Below, piece by piece: positions 51,001 through 64,000 of a stretch of 64,000 bases of DNA. This DNA is from Geosiphon pyriformis uo1 (Eukaryota > Fungi > Glomeromycota). A program made the position numbers and the translations under genes. Within the stretch, counting starts at the first letter, position 1. Each line of letters starts with the position of its first letter. Below the pieces are notes generated by a model that had not been told where the DNA came from, did not search any database, and saw only the letters and a list, made by a program, of their open reading frames with translations. Location of the stretch: the NCBI GenBank assembly GCA_016748015.1, contig JAAOMT010000529.1, positions 190,848-254,847 of the forward strand, given 5' to 3'.

Positions 51001-54000
51001 ATTCTTCTAAGTTTCTGGGTTTAGAGTTGCTGGTTGTTAAAATAGTCAAATGTCTGACCTCTGCTGATACTTCTGGTTTCAATTGATTCATGAAAAAATG
51101 GTCGGCTCTAGATGCCAGTAAAGCTCTCATTTTGGAGGACATGGTTCGTGGTGGCCAAAAAGTGGAGGATCTTCTTAGTTATTTGTTGCTCATCAGAAAG
51201 GGGTACAGAAAATCTAAGATGTTTGAGTCAAAGTTGCTACAAGAGGCTACTATCAAAAAGGCTATTAAGAGGCATATGGAACAATTTTGCTCAGACAAAG
51301 GGAGTATGATTAGAAGTGTTCTGGATTGGTCATTTCGAAAGGTGGTGTTAGATCACTTGGTGGTTAATGATGAGTTGATATTGGAGCCAGAAGAGGTCAG
51401 GTCAGGTGTTGACAAGATTATGGAGGGTTGGACACAGAAGCATGTAATGCCTATGGTGCTGCTTAATCTCTGGGCTTATCAGTATGTACCTTTGAACTAT
51501 GTTAGAGATGATGCCTTTTCTAATGTAATGAATGTAATTAGTATAGGTGAATTGCTTTCAGTTACTAATGGCCTGCCTGATAACAAAGCTGCTGGCTTGT
51601 TTGGCATTCCCAATAAACTCTGAAAACATGGTTGTGGTAAGGTGTTGGAATGCCTTTTGGTGTTGCTGAATGTGTGTTTATCTGTTGGCATAGTGTCTGC
51701 TTTGTGGAAGAGGATGTGAGTCTTAATGATCCCTAAGTCTTATAATTGAGATAGAGTTCTTACTAATACTTAACTTATTGCTTTAATTGAAACTGCCAGA
51801 AAGATTTTGTCTAAGATTTTGTCTGATTGCATCTCTTTGGCTTGTAGTAAGTTTGGTGTTCTCCAGGGTGATAATTTTTCAGTGCTCCGTGGTATTTCTA
51901 CACAATCTTCAGTGTTTGCGGTTGGTTTAGTTGTGGAGGATGCTCTTGAAAAGAATAGAAAAATTTGGTTGGTTTTGCAAGATATGTGGAAGGTGTATGA
52001 TTCTGTTGGTTGGCCTCACTTGAAAGCTAGTCTGCAGCACATCAAAATGTGTGAGAGATTTATTGGGTTTTTTGGGAATATTCATGAGGATAGGATTAAC
52101 AAAGTGATGACTGATTTCAGCCTGTCAAATGACTATAGTGTACATGATGGATTGGACCAGAGTGAAGTTTTTTTACCTCTCTTATGGAGAATTTTCTATG
52201 ATCCACTCTTATGCGAAGTGAAATGACACAAACATTTGTGCGGATACTGTGTTGATTCTAAGTTTGTAGCAAAGATGGGCAGAGTTGAGGGTGTGGGTGG
52301 GATGACGTTTTACTTGGCAGCTGGTGCATTCATCAATGATACAATTTGGATTGGAAATTGTTAGGTCTCCACTCAATACACTCTGAACATTGCCAGTAAG
52401 TTCTTTGAAATCAATGATATTTCTATTAATAATGATAAGACAGTGGCTATTCCCATTAATTAGGGTGTTAAGATTGCCTTTCTGAGTATTTGTGATCAGC
52501 CAATCTCGATTGCTAAAAAGGGCGAAACTCATCATTATCTGGGTATCTTTTTGTCTATGGAGAGTTTGTCTAAACCTAGTGTGTTCAAAGTTCATTCTGA
52601 TGTTCATTTTTTTGTCAACTTCATACTCAGGAAGACTATCACAGATAAACAGTTCTCGTATTTGGTATTGGCTGTCTTACAGCCTATTATTAGCTACCAG
52701 ACTCAGTTTAGTTTTGTTTTATCTGGTGTTTGTCACAAATGAGATGTCATGGTTAGGAAGGATCTTAAGTCCAAAGCTGGTTTGCCTCATGATTTTCCAG
52801 ATGCTGCCTTATATCACCCTTCTTTGTATGGCTTGAAGACTTTTGAACAAGTGCAATCTGAAGAAAAAATTGCTGCTTTGGTGTCTTTTTCTAATGCCTC
52901 TGGAGTCCTTGGACATTTGTTCAATCATAGGTTTTTAGACTTGCAGGTTCTTGGCTGGGCTCCTCTGGATCTTTTGCAGTTTTCTGTCAAGTTGTATGTT
53001 AGTCCAGTCAACAACTTTTTGGCTGAGATTGTATAGATTTTTTTGAGTAATGAGCTTTTCTTGGCTAACAATCTTTCCAATGCCTTTCGCAGTCCAGGTC
53101 ATTTTCCACTTTTGTCAATTCTAGATAGTTCTGAGTATTTTAATTCTGTTTGCTCTCTGAAGCATTTTGGGTTTGCTTTTGGTGATCAGATTTTGGATAA
53201 GAGAGGCCATGTGCTAGATTGAAAAATCTTTTGTTGTTGGAAAAGGTTGGACTCACGGGGTCTCATGCCTTACTGGTTCTCAGTCATGTCCAAGTTTATG
53301 TTGGTTCAGGGCTTTTCTGCTTCCAGTTTTGCTGGTTTTGCTCAGTCTATTGATATGAATGTTTTAAATTCTGAAGTGTTTTCTTTGGTGAAAAATAGGT
53401 TGCATAATATCTGGTCTAGTTGTTTTGAGGTGTATACTGATAGATCTTTGAGAAATGCTGGCTCAGTTAATGCTGCTTGTGGTGCTGCTGCATATTTTCC
53501 AGTTTTGGATAGAAGTGTTGGTGTTGTGGTTGGTGGTCTACTGTCTTCTACTCTGGCTGAGTTGCAGGCTGTTGCGTTGGCTCTTGAGTGTGTACCTTCT
53601 TCTTGTCGAGTAATTTTGCATACTGATAGCCAAGCTGCTATTGATATCTGCTTGTCAGAATTGTCTTGTGCCATGCCTGATTTTCATAATTGGTGCTGGT
53701 TGAAAAGATGCCATATTTTCAATTTGGTTAGAAAAAAGGATCTCAAGGTGGTCTGGACTAAGGTTAAGGATCATTCTGGTGTTTCAGATAATGTCAAGGC
53801 TAATTTGGTGGCTGAAGATGCTGCTTGATCTCTCTTCTCTTTGTTGGCTGGAGTTCATAAACATTATTTGGTGGCTGAAAACACGGCAATATCTGGTAAT
53901 GTCTACTATTTTGTAAGGAACATTTTTCAATCTATTAATTATGCTTACTGGGAGGCTAGACCTGGTGTAGGTATAATACCTGTTAACCTTGTTGGGTGTG

Positions 54001-54853
54001 TAGACTGGATTTCTACCACAAAGGTTTGGCATCTGAACTCTCATATACTTGCTGGGCTCACTGGTTAGAAAACTTCGAATTTGTGCTCATATTTGATGAA
54101 AGCTGTGCACAGGCGTCTTCTGGTAGCTGTTTAAAAAAGACTGTATAATAGGGGTTATTCTGGCATATTGTGCCTGCTGTATAGTAGAGTGGAATTTTCT
54201 GACCATGCCTTTACATGCCCTCAGAATGTTGTTATTTATGATGAGGTTCTGGTTGAGGCTTCTGCTTATTGGGTGTTGGTGGCAGGTTTTTGTGACTCAT
54301 TATCTTCAGCTGTTTTGCAGACGTTGTCTGCTTGTTCTCTGGATGTAGGTTTGTATTCTATTGTGTATAAGGGCTTCGTGCTGGATGAATGGTGTGAGGA
54401 AGCTTGGGGTGTATTTAAGGATAAGAAGCAAGCCATTGATAAGGTTGTTAGTTTTGTTAGGTTTGTAGCTAATTTACATCATGTGAAGGCATGATTGGTA
54501 AGATCTGAGCACAGAGTGCAGATGGAGAAAGCTGGTTTAGTTGCTGATGGTGGGGTTGTTTCTGGTCTGTCTCATAATGCTTCTTCTATATAGTCGGGTG
54601 GAGTGGTTAAAATGCTTGGTGTGGTTGAATCATTCACTGTTAGCTTTGGTCGTTGTTTGCTGTGCTGTTTTTTTTTGGTTTAGGTGGTATTGTTAGTGTT
54701 AATATAGGTGTGTAATATTGCCTTAACTGGCCTGAATGGCTAGCCATATGTAGTAAGTGTGTAAATTGTGTTTAGTTTGGATTACTTAATTTGGCTTTAT
54801 GTATTAGATAGCAGTTGGGCTTCACTCAATAAAAGTGGAAAAAAAAAAAAAAA
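48041..54853 (+). mobile_element. Near full-length LINE (ORF1 48160-50028; ORF2 50025 to about 54715: APE-RT-RNase H-CCHC; poly-A), inactivated
   Basis: ORF1 has RRM-like VVIKKIPID..VSEFGQIK and knuckle YEKCGHFGHSILEC. ORF2 has WKLATCNIR, ETKL, AFINDT, VYTDRS..STLAELQAV..HTDSQAA..KVKDHSG. AATAAA and poly-A at 54828-54853. Confidence 0.95.
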
Positions 54854-54998
54854 TACTAAAAATTTCAAAAATACTTAAAAAAATCCCAAAAATATTAAAT
54901 TCCAAAAAAATCAGAAAAATTTAAAAATTTAAAAAAACCAAAAGAAATTTCAAAAATGGTAAAAATATTAAATAACTATAAAAAAATATAAAAATAAT

Positions 54999-55034
<36 letters not shown>

Positions 55035-55445
55035 GTATTTAATTTGATTTAAATTTTATTTTTTTAATTATTAAAAACAAGTTTTAAAATAAAATTAATA
55101 CTTTAAAAACATTAAAAAAAATTAATTGCTTCAAGTTAAAAAAAATCTAATTTTTTGGTTTCTTAACTATTTAAAATATAAAAAAAATATAATAAAATAC
55201 TTTTTTTATTAATTTGCTATTGAAAATATTTAAATTTTTTATAAAAATAACAATTATATTAAAATTATTTCTAATTAACTACTTAAAAAAACTTAAAACC
55301 AATAGCCAAAAATTATTTTATATTTATATTATTTAAAAAAAGCTGTTTAATTAACTTTATTATAAAAACTTTTAGAATTAATTAAAATAAAAATAATAAA
55401 TACTTATTTTTATTTTGAATATAATCATAAAATATATAAAAAAAA

Positions 55446-55508
<63 letters not shown>
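55446..55508. repeat. (AAT)n microsatellite in an AT desert
   Basis: Seen directly in the sequence. Confidence 0.9.
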
Positions 55509-55511
<3 letters not shown>

Positions 55512-56619
55512 TATTGCTTAATTATTATTTAATATAATACAGCTTTAAAATATTTTAAATTAAATATAAATTACACATTTTTTATATGTAATTTATTATT
55601 TAAATCTGTTAAAATTAAATTATATTAAATTTATAAAACAAATTTATTTAAAATAGTTATTTTATACATAGTTACAATTAAATTATTATTACTAAAAACC
55701 AAATTAGCTATTTAAGCAATAGTTTTATTTATATTAAATTTGATATTAAAAATTTAAAACACTTATAAAATTATTAATTTATTAAAATTTTTTTTATTAT
55801 TAAAAAATTTTAATGTTATTAATTATATTATTATTTAAAAAACTATTTATATCTTATTTTAAGATTATTTATTTATTTAATATTAAAAATATTAATATTT
55901 TTTTTAATTATAAAATTTTTTTATTTTATTTTAATATTTAAAGAAAATAAATACTTATTAATTTTATCAAAATAATTAAAAATTTAATAAATTTAATTAA
56001 AAAAACCAGTTTAATTAAAATTAGCTATATAATAATAATAAGAAGCTAGAAAAACAACAACTTTTAAATATAATCTTAAATTAATAAAATATTTTAAAAT
56101 AAATTTCAAATTTCAAAAAAAGCTTAAAAAAAATATATTTTATAATTTAAATAATTTATATTTTAATATTTATAATAGTATTAATAACCAAGAAATTTTT
56201 ATTAATATGATTTTTTTACAAAATATTAATTTTAATATTATTATTATTCAATTTAACTTAATAACTAAAAATAATAATAGCATATTTTAATTACTAAACA
56301 AAATCAAAAAACTAAAAAATAAAGCAATAATAACTATATATTTAAAAAATTAACTTACTAATTTAAGAAAAATACAACCAAAAAAGCTTTTAAAATAATA
56401 AATTTTCTTTAATTTAACAAAAAAATTTTAATACTGTTTTGTATAAAAACTAATTATTATATTAATATAATATAAAAATACATAAAATTTAAAATAAATA
56501 ATATTATATTATTAATCAATAAATTTTAACTTAATATTAAAGATTTTAGCAAAAATATTTATAGTATTTTTAATATTATTTATAATAAGTTTTATTATTA
56601 TTATTATTATTATTATTAT

Positions 56620-59600
56620 ATTTTTTTATTTTTTTTATTTTGATTTAACAAGTGTGGCCCAACCATTATTTAAAGTACATGTGATAAATACACATCACAA
56701 AGCTAAATATGATTCACATACTTATGACATGTGACCAGCCACTCGGGCCAGTCCAGGCTACACTACAAATCAGCAACCACTAATACTATATCCCTCATAC
56801 CTGAAAAAATTTGACAACTAGTATGCATACCAGAATACACTCCTCTGGTCTTATCTAAACTAAGCAATCTAACAACTCCAACACTCAGCCTATCTCTAAC
56901 AATATCCACTAAATGCGACACACTGCTATTGGCAATTATTTTTCCTGTCTTTTCCATAGACAATTGATGGCTAGATCTCTTGTACCATATCACAGATCTG
57001 TGGGATGAAGCCAGGTCCCTAACAAAATCAATTACTATCACACCAGCTACAACAAAGCAACCAAGAGCATCCAAAGTCTCACGGTACCAACCACTCAGCA
57101 TGAAGTCTTTAGCCAACATGGAATAAAACTCAACATCACTCACACCAAAAAATAGGTCATGTACCATCATAGAAGAAGAGATAGTGACATTAGGCAGTGA
57201 TGACCACCTCACGCAAAACTCAGACAAGATTTCATTGCAGGCCAGCATATCAGAAAGGCACACAAAAGAATGTTCAGATGTGTCAATCATATCATAAAAC
57301 ACACACATGACACTAGGATAAGAAACACAGTATACACACTTTCAAGCTGCAACAGACAGATGGCCATGCAATAATTTCATAAAATAAGACCTCAAAGTTG
57401 CCAACTGATGGCTCATGTAGCCAGAAGTCATATAACCATTGGGGTGCCAGACTGCAAAAGTTCTCTTCCAATCTACTGAATTGATATTACAAGTATTGTT
57501 GATCTTGGAACCAAACTCATTTTCCCAATTTGCACAATATAAAGTATAAAAGAAGTCCTTAATATAGTGTCGAACGTTGTAAGATAACACCAGATCACCT
57601 AATTTTAAAAAAAACTCATCAACATAGGTAGAAAATGAGGTGTCATGTCAGCAGGCATTCAAGGCAATCTCATCAACACACATGTTCCCTAAGATGCCAG
57701 AATGGCCTTTAACTTTGAGCCATGTCATAGCAAGTGACTTCCTTCTAATAAAGTTAATTATCTGCCTATACTCCATCCAAAGATTTTTCTGGAAATTTAG
57801 ATGAGCCAAAAACAATTCATTTGAACAAGCAGAAAGAACAGCCTGGCTATCAGAGTAGATAAAAACACTGCTACCCAAAGAAACACAAGTAAGTATGAGA
57901 GCAATGGCCTTGAGTTCTGCCAAAGTAGATGACATGACCCCTTGAACTCTTGCACCAACACCAAGGCCAAACTCTGGAAAGAATGCAACAGTCCCAGCTA
58001 CCACAGAACAAGAACCAAATTGTTTTATAGAACTGTCTGTATACACATTAAATAAGACCAGACCAGAATTCAAAAGAATATTTTGAGCTTTACTGATTGT
58101 GCTGGCAACAACAGAGCACTCTGGATAGTCAATAGACATACACAGCCTAATATTAGCAGCTAACAAATGAGCACCCAAAAAGTGGATGGCCAAGTCAAAC
58201 CAGACTGGGACAGGACCACGTGGATTCAACTGCTTCCAATACTTAAAACATTTCCAGTCAAAGCACTTACCCTTTTTGGTTAACAGTTGATCTATAAAAG
58301 TGATCCCATAGTGTTTCAGCGAATGAACTACTCCAAAGAATACACTATTACCAAGAACTTCTGAGATTGGCATTCCAATAGAGCGATGAAAAGCTGTTGA
58401 CAGAATAGAAAAAGACAGTTCACAAAATGAAAAAATTTTCACTATCCCAGCTAAAAAATTATCTTTAGGATTGACCCACAATCTGATAGGATGGCACAAT
58501 GAATGAACAGATAACCAGCTGGCAACTTGCAAATCCAAACTCCTATGAATGAAAAGTTGCCCCAAAATACCCAAAGCATTCATAAAATTAATGATGGAAG
58601 ACAACTTACTCTCAGACTGTATCTGGACGAATGTTTTAATGCCATAAAATAAAAGATGTAACAATGTAACCATAGAAAAATCACAAGAGAGATGTGTCTT
58701 AAACTTTAAATCTCTTCTAATAATAGCATCCCATCTAGAGCAAACTGCACTAGAAACAAAGCTGAACTAAGTTCTGTAGCTAACAATAGGTTGCAAGATG
58801 GATAACACCAGATAGCAGAATTGTTTATCAGATATAGTTTTGCACAGAACCACATTAGAGAAGAAGTGCACATCTAAATGCGCCTTCAGCAGACTCGGCT
58901 TTGAAAGCCCTTCCGTTGATAAAAAAATGCCCAAATAATGATGAGATTCACCTTTTTTGGCCACAGCAATTGGTGTGCCACTAATGGTCAAAAAAATGTC
59001 CTTTACCCTTTGATTGAAAGGAATGGTGACAGTCTTTTCTGTGTTTATGAAAATATCATTGAAAGCAAAAAACTCATTTGCGATGTTCAAAATACATTGA
59101 GTGGCAGCTTGATTACTGCCCACTCAGATTGTATCATCCACAAAAGCCCCAACAACAAAGAAAGATGTCATCCCTGCTTGTGATTCTACTCTGCCCGACT
59201 TAGCAACAAGTCTTGAGTCAATTCTATATTCACACAAGTGTTCCTGACTTTTAATTTTACACAAGAGAGGATCATAAAAGATTCTCTAAAGAAGTGGAGA
59301 AAACACTTTGCCTTGGTCAAGTCCATTTAACACCTTATAACCATCAGAAAGGCCAAAATCTGTCATAATCCTGTTGGTTCTGTTCAAATGGATATTCTCA
59401 AAAAATTTTGATAAACCTGTTACACATCTTAATGCACCTTAAACTAAACCTTAGATGAAACCATCCCACAGAGTTATAAGCCTTCCACATGTCTTGCAAT
59501 ACCAGCCAAAGTTCCCTATCCTTTTCCAAGGCATCTTCTATAATAGACCCAATAACAAATACAGGCAACTGAGTCGAAATACCTCTTAAAACCAAAAAAT

Positions 59601-62600
59601 TGTCACTTCTAAGAACATCAAATATATTGTAAGCTGCTGATATACGGTCAGACAAAATCTTTGACAAAATTTTACGAGCAGTTTCTATTAAAACAATTGG
59701 CCATATATTAGTAAGACATCCTTCCCATTTATATAGTTTAGGGATCATAGAAATCCAGGCACATTTCCACAAAGCTGGAACATCTTTATGCACAAGACAA
59801 GAATTTAGCAAATTCAGAAGACAACCCAACACTATATCACTACTATGCTTTCAAAGTTTATTCAAGACACCTAAAAGGCCAGCAGCTTTGCCATCTGGCA
59901 AATTCTTCACAATATTACATAAATCACCCAACCTGATTTCATTCATCACACCAGAAAATGTATTGTCAACTACATAGTTCAAAGAAGCATACTAATGGGA
60001 CCACTAATTCAGGTACTTTGCATTTCCTAGTCCAATTAACCATGATATTATTAACCTTGGCCTTTATTTCAGCTGGCTCCAGAATTAAATTACCATCCAA
60101 CACCAAGTAATCAAGAACAACTTTGCGAAAGAAGCACTCTAGAATACTACTGATCATGTTTTCCTTTCCCAAAACAAAGTCATCTATGTATTTACTAATT
60201 GCTCTGTTGATAGAAGCACTCTTAGCCAACTCAGATTTAATATACTTAGCCTTATGGTAATGTTTTTTAACAACTGACAATTGTTTGAAAACCTCAGCAG
60301 AATTGCTACATGTATCAAGCAAACCAGAAATTTTGGAGGATTCCACATCATCTAAAACTGACCAAATTTTAACAAAATGGGCAATTCTTAGAGAGTTGCT
60401 TACACTTAGAGCCTTAACTATCTTGGCAATTAACAATTCAAGTCAGTAGAACCTAGATGAATGTTTGTTCCTAGAGCAGTCAAAAGTACTGTACCAATGT
60501 TTAGAAAAAATGGAATCTGCTGACTTCATTAACACCTTTTCCAAAAGTTTCCACATAGTGTTCAAATTACTTAGATCCTTAGCAGTAGTGAAGTCATCTC
60601 TTAAAAGCAACATATTAGCAGTAACACACTCATTAAAACATTTCTATTTGGCAGCATTTGAGTCCCTAAAATTAAACTTCCAATGGTTTGTGTTTGCAAG
60701 CTTATGCAAAGTATTCAACTGCTTGTCTAAAAGACCACTCAGTCTCACTAAAATCAACACAGCCAAGTGGTCAGTGTCAAAATAATCCAAAACTCCACTA
60801 ACACATCCACCAAACACAGCTGATGAGAGATGATTACTTACAAAAATGAAATCAATAGTCTTCTCTATCCCTCTAAAATTGCACCATATAGAGAACTTGG
60901 ATACAGGACTTGCTGAAAGTGCATTGAGTAATCCCAAATCTGAGCATTTTTTGAAACTCTGGCCCTATTCTCATTAAAATCACCACTGAGAAGAACATGA
61001 GAGCTAGAGCTAATAAATGATGCAATAAGAACATTGACAGCAGGAGTCTGCTCAAATCTTATACCAGCTAAAACACCAGCATACAGACCCAAAATCATAA
61101 CAGAAGCCTTGCCAGCAAAAAGAAGACGAACAGAAATAAGGTGTCTAGGGACCTCTGAAATTTTACACACATAATGAGCAAGATTATCATTTAAAATGAT
61201 TGCAACTCCTGACCCACAATGTTCAGAATCCATCCCAGAGCTAAAAACTTTCACACCAGAAAACCTATTTTTAATCCATGGTCCAGTTCAATCTTTGAGC
61301 TTAGTCTCAGTAAAAACAGAAACTGAATTGCAAGAATCTTTATGTTATCTAATAGCATTGTCCTGTTTAGCCAAATTGTTCAAACTTCTGACATTATATG
61401 TGGCAAATTTCCAGACCAAATTACTCATTGAGAGATAATGGAAGTTGGCACACCCAAACTAGAACACAATTGATCCAACTTTTCCAGAACTGACTCAACT
61501 GACATTTCCAAAACCACCAATTTAGATTTCAATCCATCCATCTTAGGGGTTAAAACCTTAAAACTACTTGAGCTAAAATTGGCAGCTTTGTCTACAACAA
61601 CTACAGGAAGAAGGATGGGAAATGCCAATGCATCATCCAGAGTCATGTCTGAATCCACAACAGAGTCCAAAAATACCAGAACAACTGGAGGTAAGACAAA
61701 TGACTTGGATGCCAGAGACACCAATTCCACAAAACTTAGCTTTTTCATGATTTCAGATACCTGATCTGCTAAAAGTTCCAAAGATCTTTCCAAGATCACT
61801 AAATGATCACTTAAGCCAAAGGAGATTATAAACTCAGGAAGAAAGATACCACCAAGACCCAAGAGACCATAAGAAGATAAACTAGGACCAGACCCAGAAT
61901 GAGCACTACCAGAAGACTTAGAGATTGAGACTACTTGGGCCCAATTTGCCACCAAAAGCACTAAGGCAAGATATTAGAACACATTTTTTTTATACAGTTT
62001 AGCAAGCTGAAAATGAAATTCCTCTGAAGCACTCTTTTTGTATAATCCTTTAGATGACAGCAACATAATTGTATTTGGTGTATTACATTCAAGAGCTGAA
62101 TATCCAAAATGCCCACACTTCTCACAACGAATCAAATTTATTCTAGCCCAAGAGAGTTTCACTCCATTAAAGATAGGCTTCATGCGAAAAGCAGATTCAA
62201 GATCATTATCAAAGGCAAAACTAACTACTGCACAGCAAATCTTATTACCAGTTTTCATTGATCTGTTTATAATGCATGTTTTTCCACCAGCTCTTTCCAA
62301 AAGAATATCCAAATCATGAGCTGTTGTTCCCATAAGTAGAGTAAACAAAAGCACTCTGAACTGATCCCTAGATGCCCAAGTCTCACAATTCCCCACTGTT
62401 TTGGCTACATGCACAGAGTTCTTACCAATCAGGAAAGACCATTTTGAGGCCAATGACTCAGCTTGATCCAATTTAGCAAACTCCACCACAGCCTTTTGCC
62501 ACATTCCAATTAATTGAATTTTGATCGACTTAATTTCCCCAAATTCAGATACTGTGGTGATGATCATATCCTTAGACATATTTATGGGAATTTCCTTGAT

Positions 62601-63422
62601 TATCACAGCCCAATCTGATCTTATTTTTTGTCTCTTAAGATCGCTGTTTACATTAATCCCTTTTTTTTTAGCCAATAATGTGGCCAAATCCATGCTTTTT
62701 TCTGAAATAAAGGTAGATTTGATGATCCCTTCAAATTTTGAGGGGGTAGTGGCCCCCCCCCCAAAACCATTAACTGAAGAAAATAATTTCCTGATGAATT
62801 GAGTTTTGGCTGTTGCAGATTTCTCTTCCACAGCTGATAGATTAATGTCCAATGCAAAAGACTTTCTGACCAACACTTTCACAAAGGTTTTAGTGATTTT
62901 TGGATCAATTCACTTTTTTTCCAGAGAGATAAACAAGCAAGGGGGAAGCACAATTTTATCATCATCTATAGTAAAATCAGGAGAGCCAAGTATTGTATTA
63001 GTATCAATACATTTTGCCTTGAGAGTAGTTACAGCCAAATCCAAAAGAGACTTTCCATCCACACCAGTTATGTCAACATCCTCATCATCATCAGACAGAC
63101 TATCCACATCAGAATATGTACTACCACTAGGCCCAGACTTACTCAAAGAGATATCTTTCTCATCACCAGAGTGTTTAATATTCCTTAGAATCACCCTTTT
63201 CTTTTGAGTGAAAGAACCATCAGTAGGACTATGGAAAGCACCTTTGAGCACCTTCTTTTTTGACATATCACCATTCGAAGCAGTCTTCAAATCTACGACA
63301 AAAGGGTTATTGTTTAAAGAAATGTTAAAAAAACTAACAAGCAAAAATAAAAAACTTTTTTTTCAAAAAATGTGCTTTTTGAGGATTTTTGGAGGTAAGA
63401 GAGAAAGAAGTTTTTTTTTTTT
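56620..63422 (-). mobile_element. Near full-length LINE (ORF1 61425 to about 63296; ORF2 56763-61428), inactivated
   Basis: 5' UTR resembles 48041-48160. RCEKCGHFGYSALEC; GDFNE, IDFIF, DTDH; AFVDDT; VYTDSS..STLAELKAI..YSDSQA..KVKGHSG. A-rich tail near 56620-56640. Confidence 0.95.
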
Positions 63423-63760
63423 GGATATTATATTTAATAAGTAAGATCTATAAGCTATCTATTGGATTCAGTAGTGTTGTCAGCTTTTAAGCCTCAAGAA
63501 CAACTATTTAATTCTTTAGTAAAAACTTTTTTGATACTAACAATGTTTTTTAAGACACTGTCTCTTTTTTTTTTCTTGATAATACAAATTTGGTATCTAT
63601 ATTTAGACCAAAATTCTTAATAGACTTTTTTAAAATAGCAATACTAAGACCAACAGTAACCTAGTAATTAAACAAAAATAGTTTAAATTTATCATACTAA
63701 ATGATTAAAAACTTTTTTTTGGAAATTTGAGATAAAAGAGAGAAAAAAAGTTTTTTATAA
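63423..63760 (-). mobile_element. Degenerate 5' remnant of another LINE (5' UTR and start of ORF1)
   Basis: 63700-63757 resembles the LINE 5' end at 63350-63422 and is followed by decayed basic coding-like sequence (VLSRKKKRQCL). Confidence 0.45.
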
Positions 63761-64000
63761 TAATTTATAAAAATAAATTACAAAAAACAAAAACAACAAT
63801 AATAAAAACAAAATTAAATCTAAATATTAAAAAAAATTAAAAATAGTAAAAAACAATAATTTAATAAGTTTAATTTATATAATAATATTTAAAAAACTTT
63901 AATATTGTTTTTAATAACAAATTTTGTATTAAAAAAATCATGTAAAAATTGAAATATAGTTTAATTTAAATTATTTTAATTTTTACAGTTTTATTAAATA

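Noticed and set aside
48160-54715. Alternative genetic code (TGA=Trp) to explain the stops in LINE ORFs
   Set aside because: Host genes use TGG for Trp and terminate normally, TAG and TAA also interrupt the frames, and stop positions differ between copies, so the stops are mutational decay.

Overview
AT-rich eukaryotic DNA with short GT-AG introns. The gene set and repeat families resemble a Glomeromycota/Mucoromycota fungus, possibly Geosiphon; this is an inference and was not verified. The window has three compartments. (1) 1-24.4 kb: nested, decayed retroelements. These are minus-strand Ty3/gypsy elements (four LTR copies with TGTTACCAG...CTGGTAACA ends, two PBS, one PPT), the 3' end of a second, plus-strand LTR family, and two LINEs. 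(2) 24.9-46.2 kb: a host gene island with a TKL-type kinase, SLX4, ORC1, OXNAD1-like, BLOC1S4/CNL1-like, GET2/CAML-like, GAL7, a DCAF6/8-like WD40 gene and COX17. (3) 46.4-64 kb: AT deserts with two near-full-length APE-RT-RNase H LINEs. The best candidate for something undescribed is the gypsy architecture: a gag frame that starts inside the LTR, a conserved Cys-rich domain plus dUTPase between protease and RT, and an extra ORF3 that reads through the PPT into the 3' LTR and has a homolog in a second LTR family. Other notable points are ORF1/ORF2 mosaicism and ATGA coupling in the LINEs, repeat-restricted C>T/G>A decay, an ORC1 with no visible BAH domain, and an orphan lectin exon. All calls come from manual reading and translation. 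No searches were run, and exon borders are predictions.
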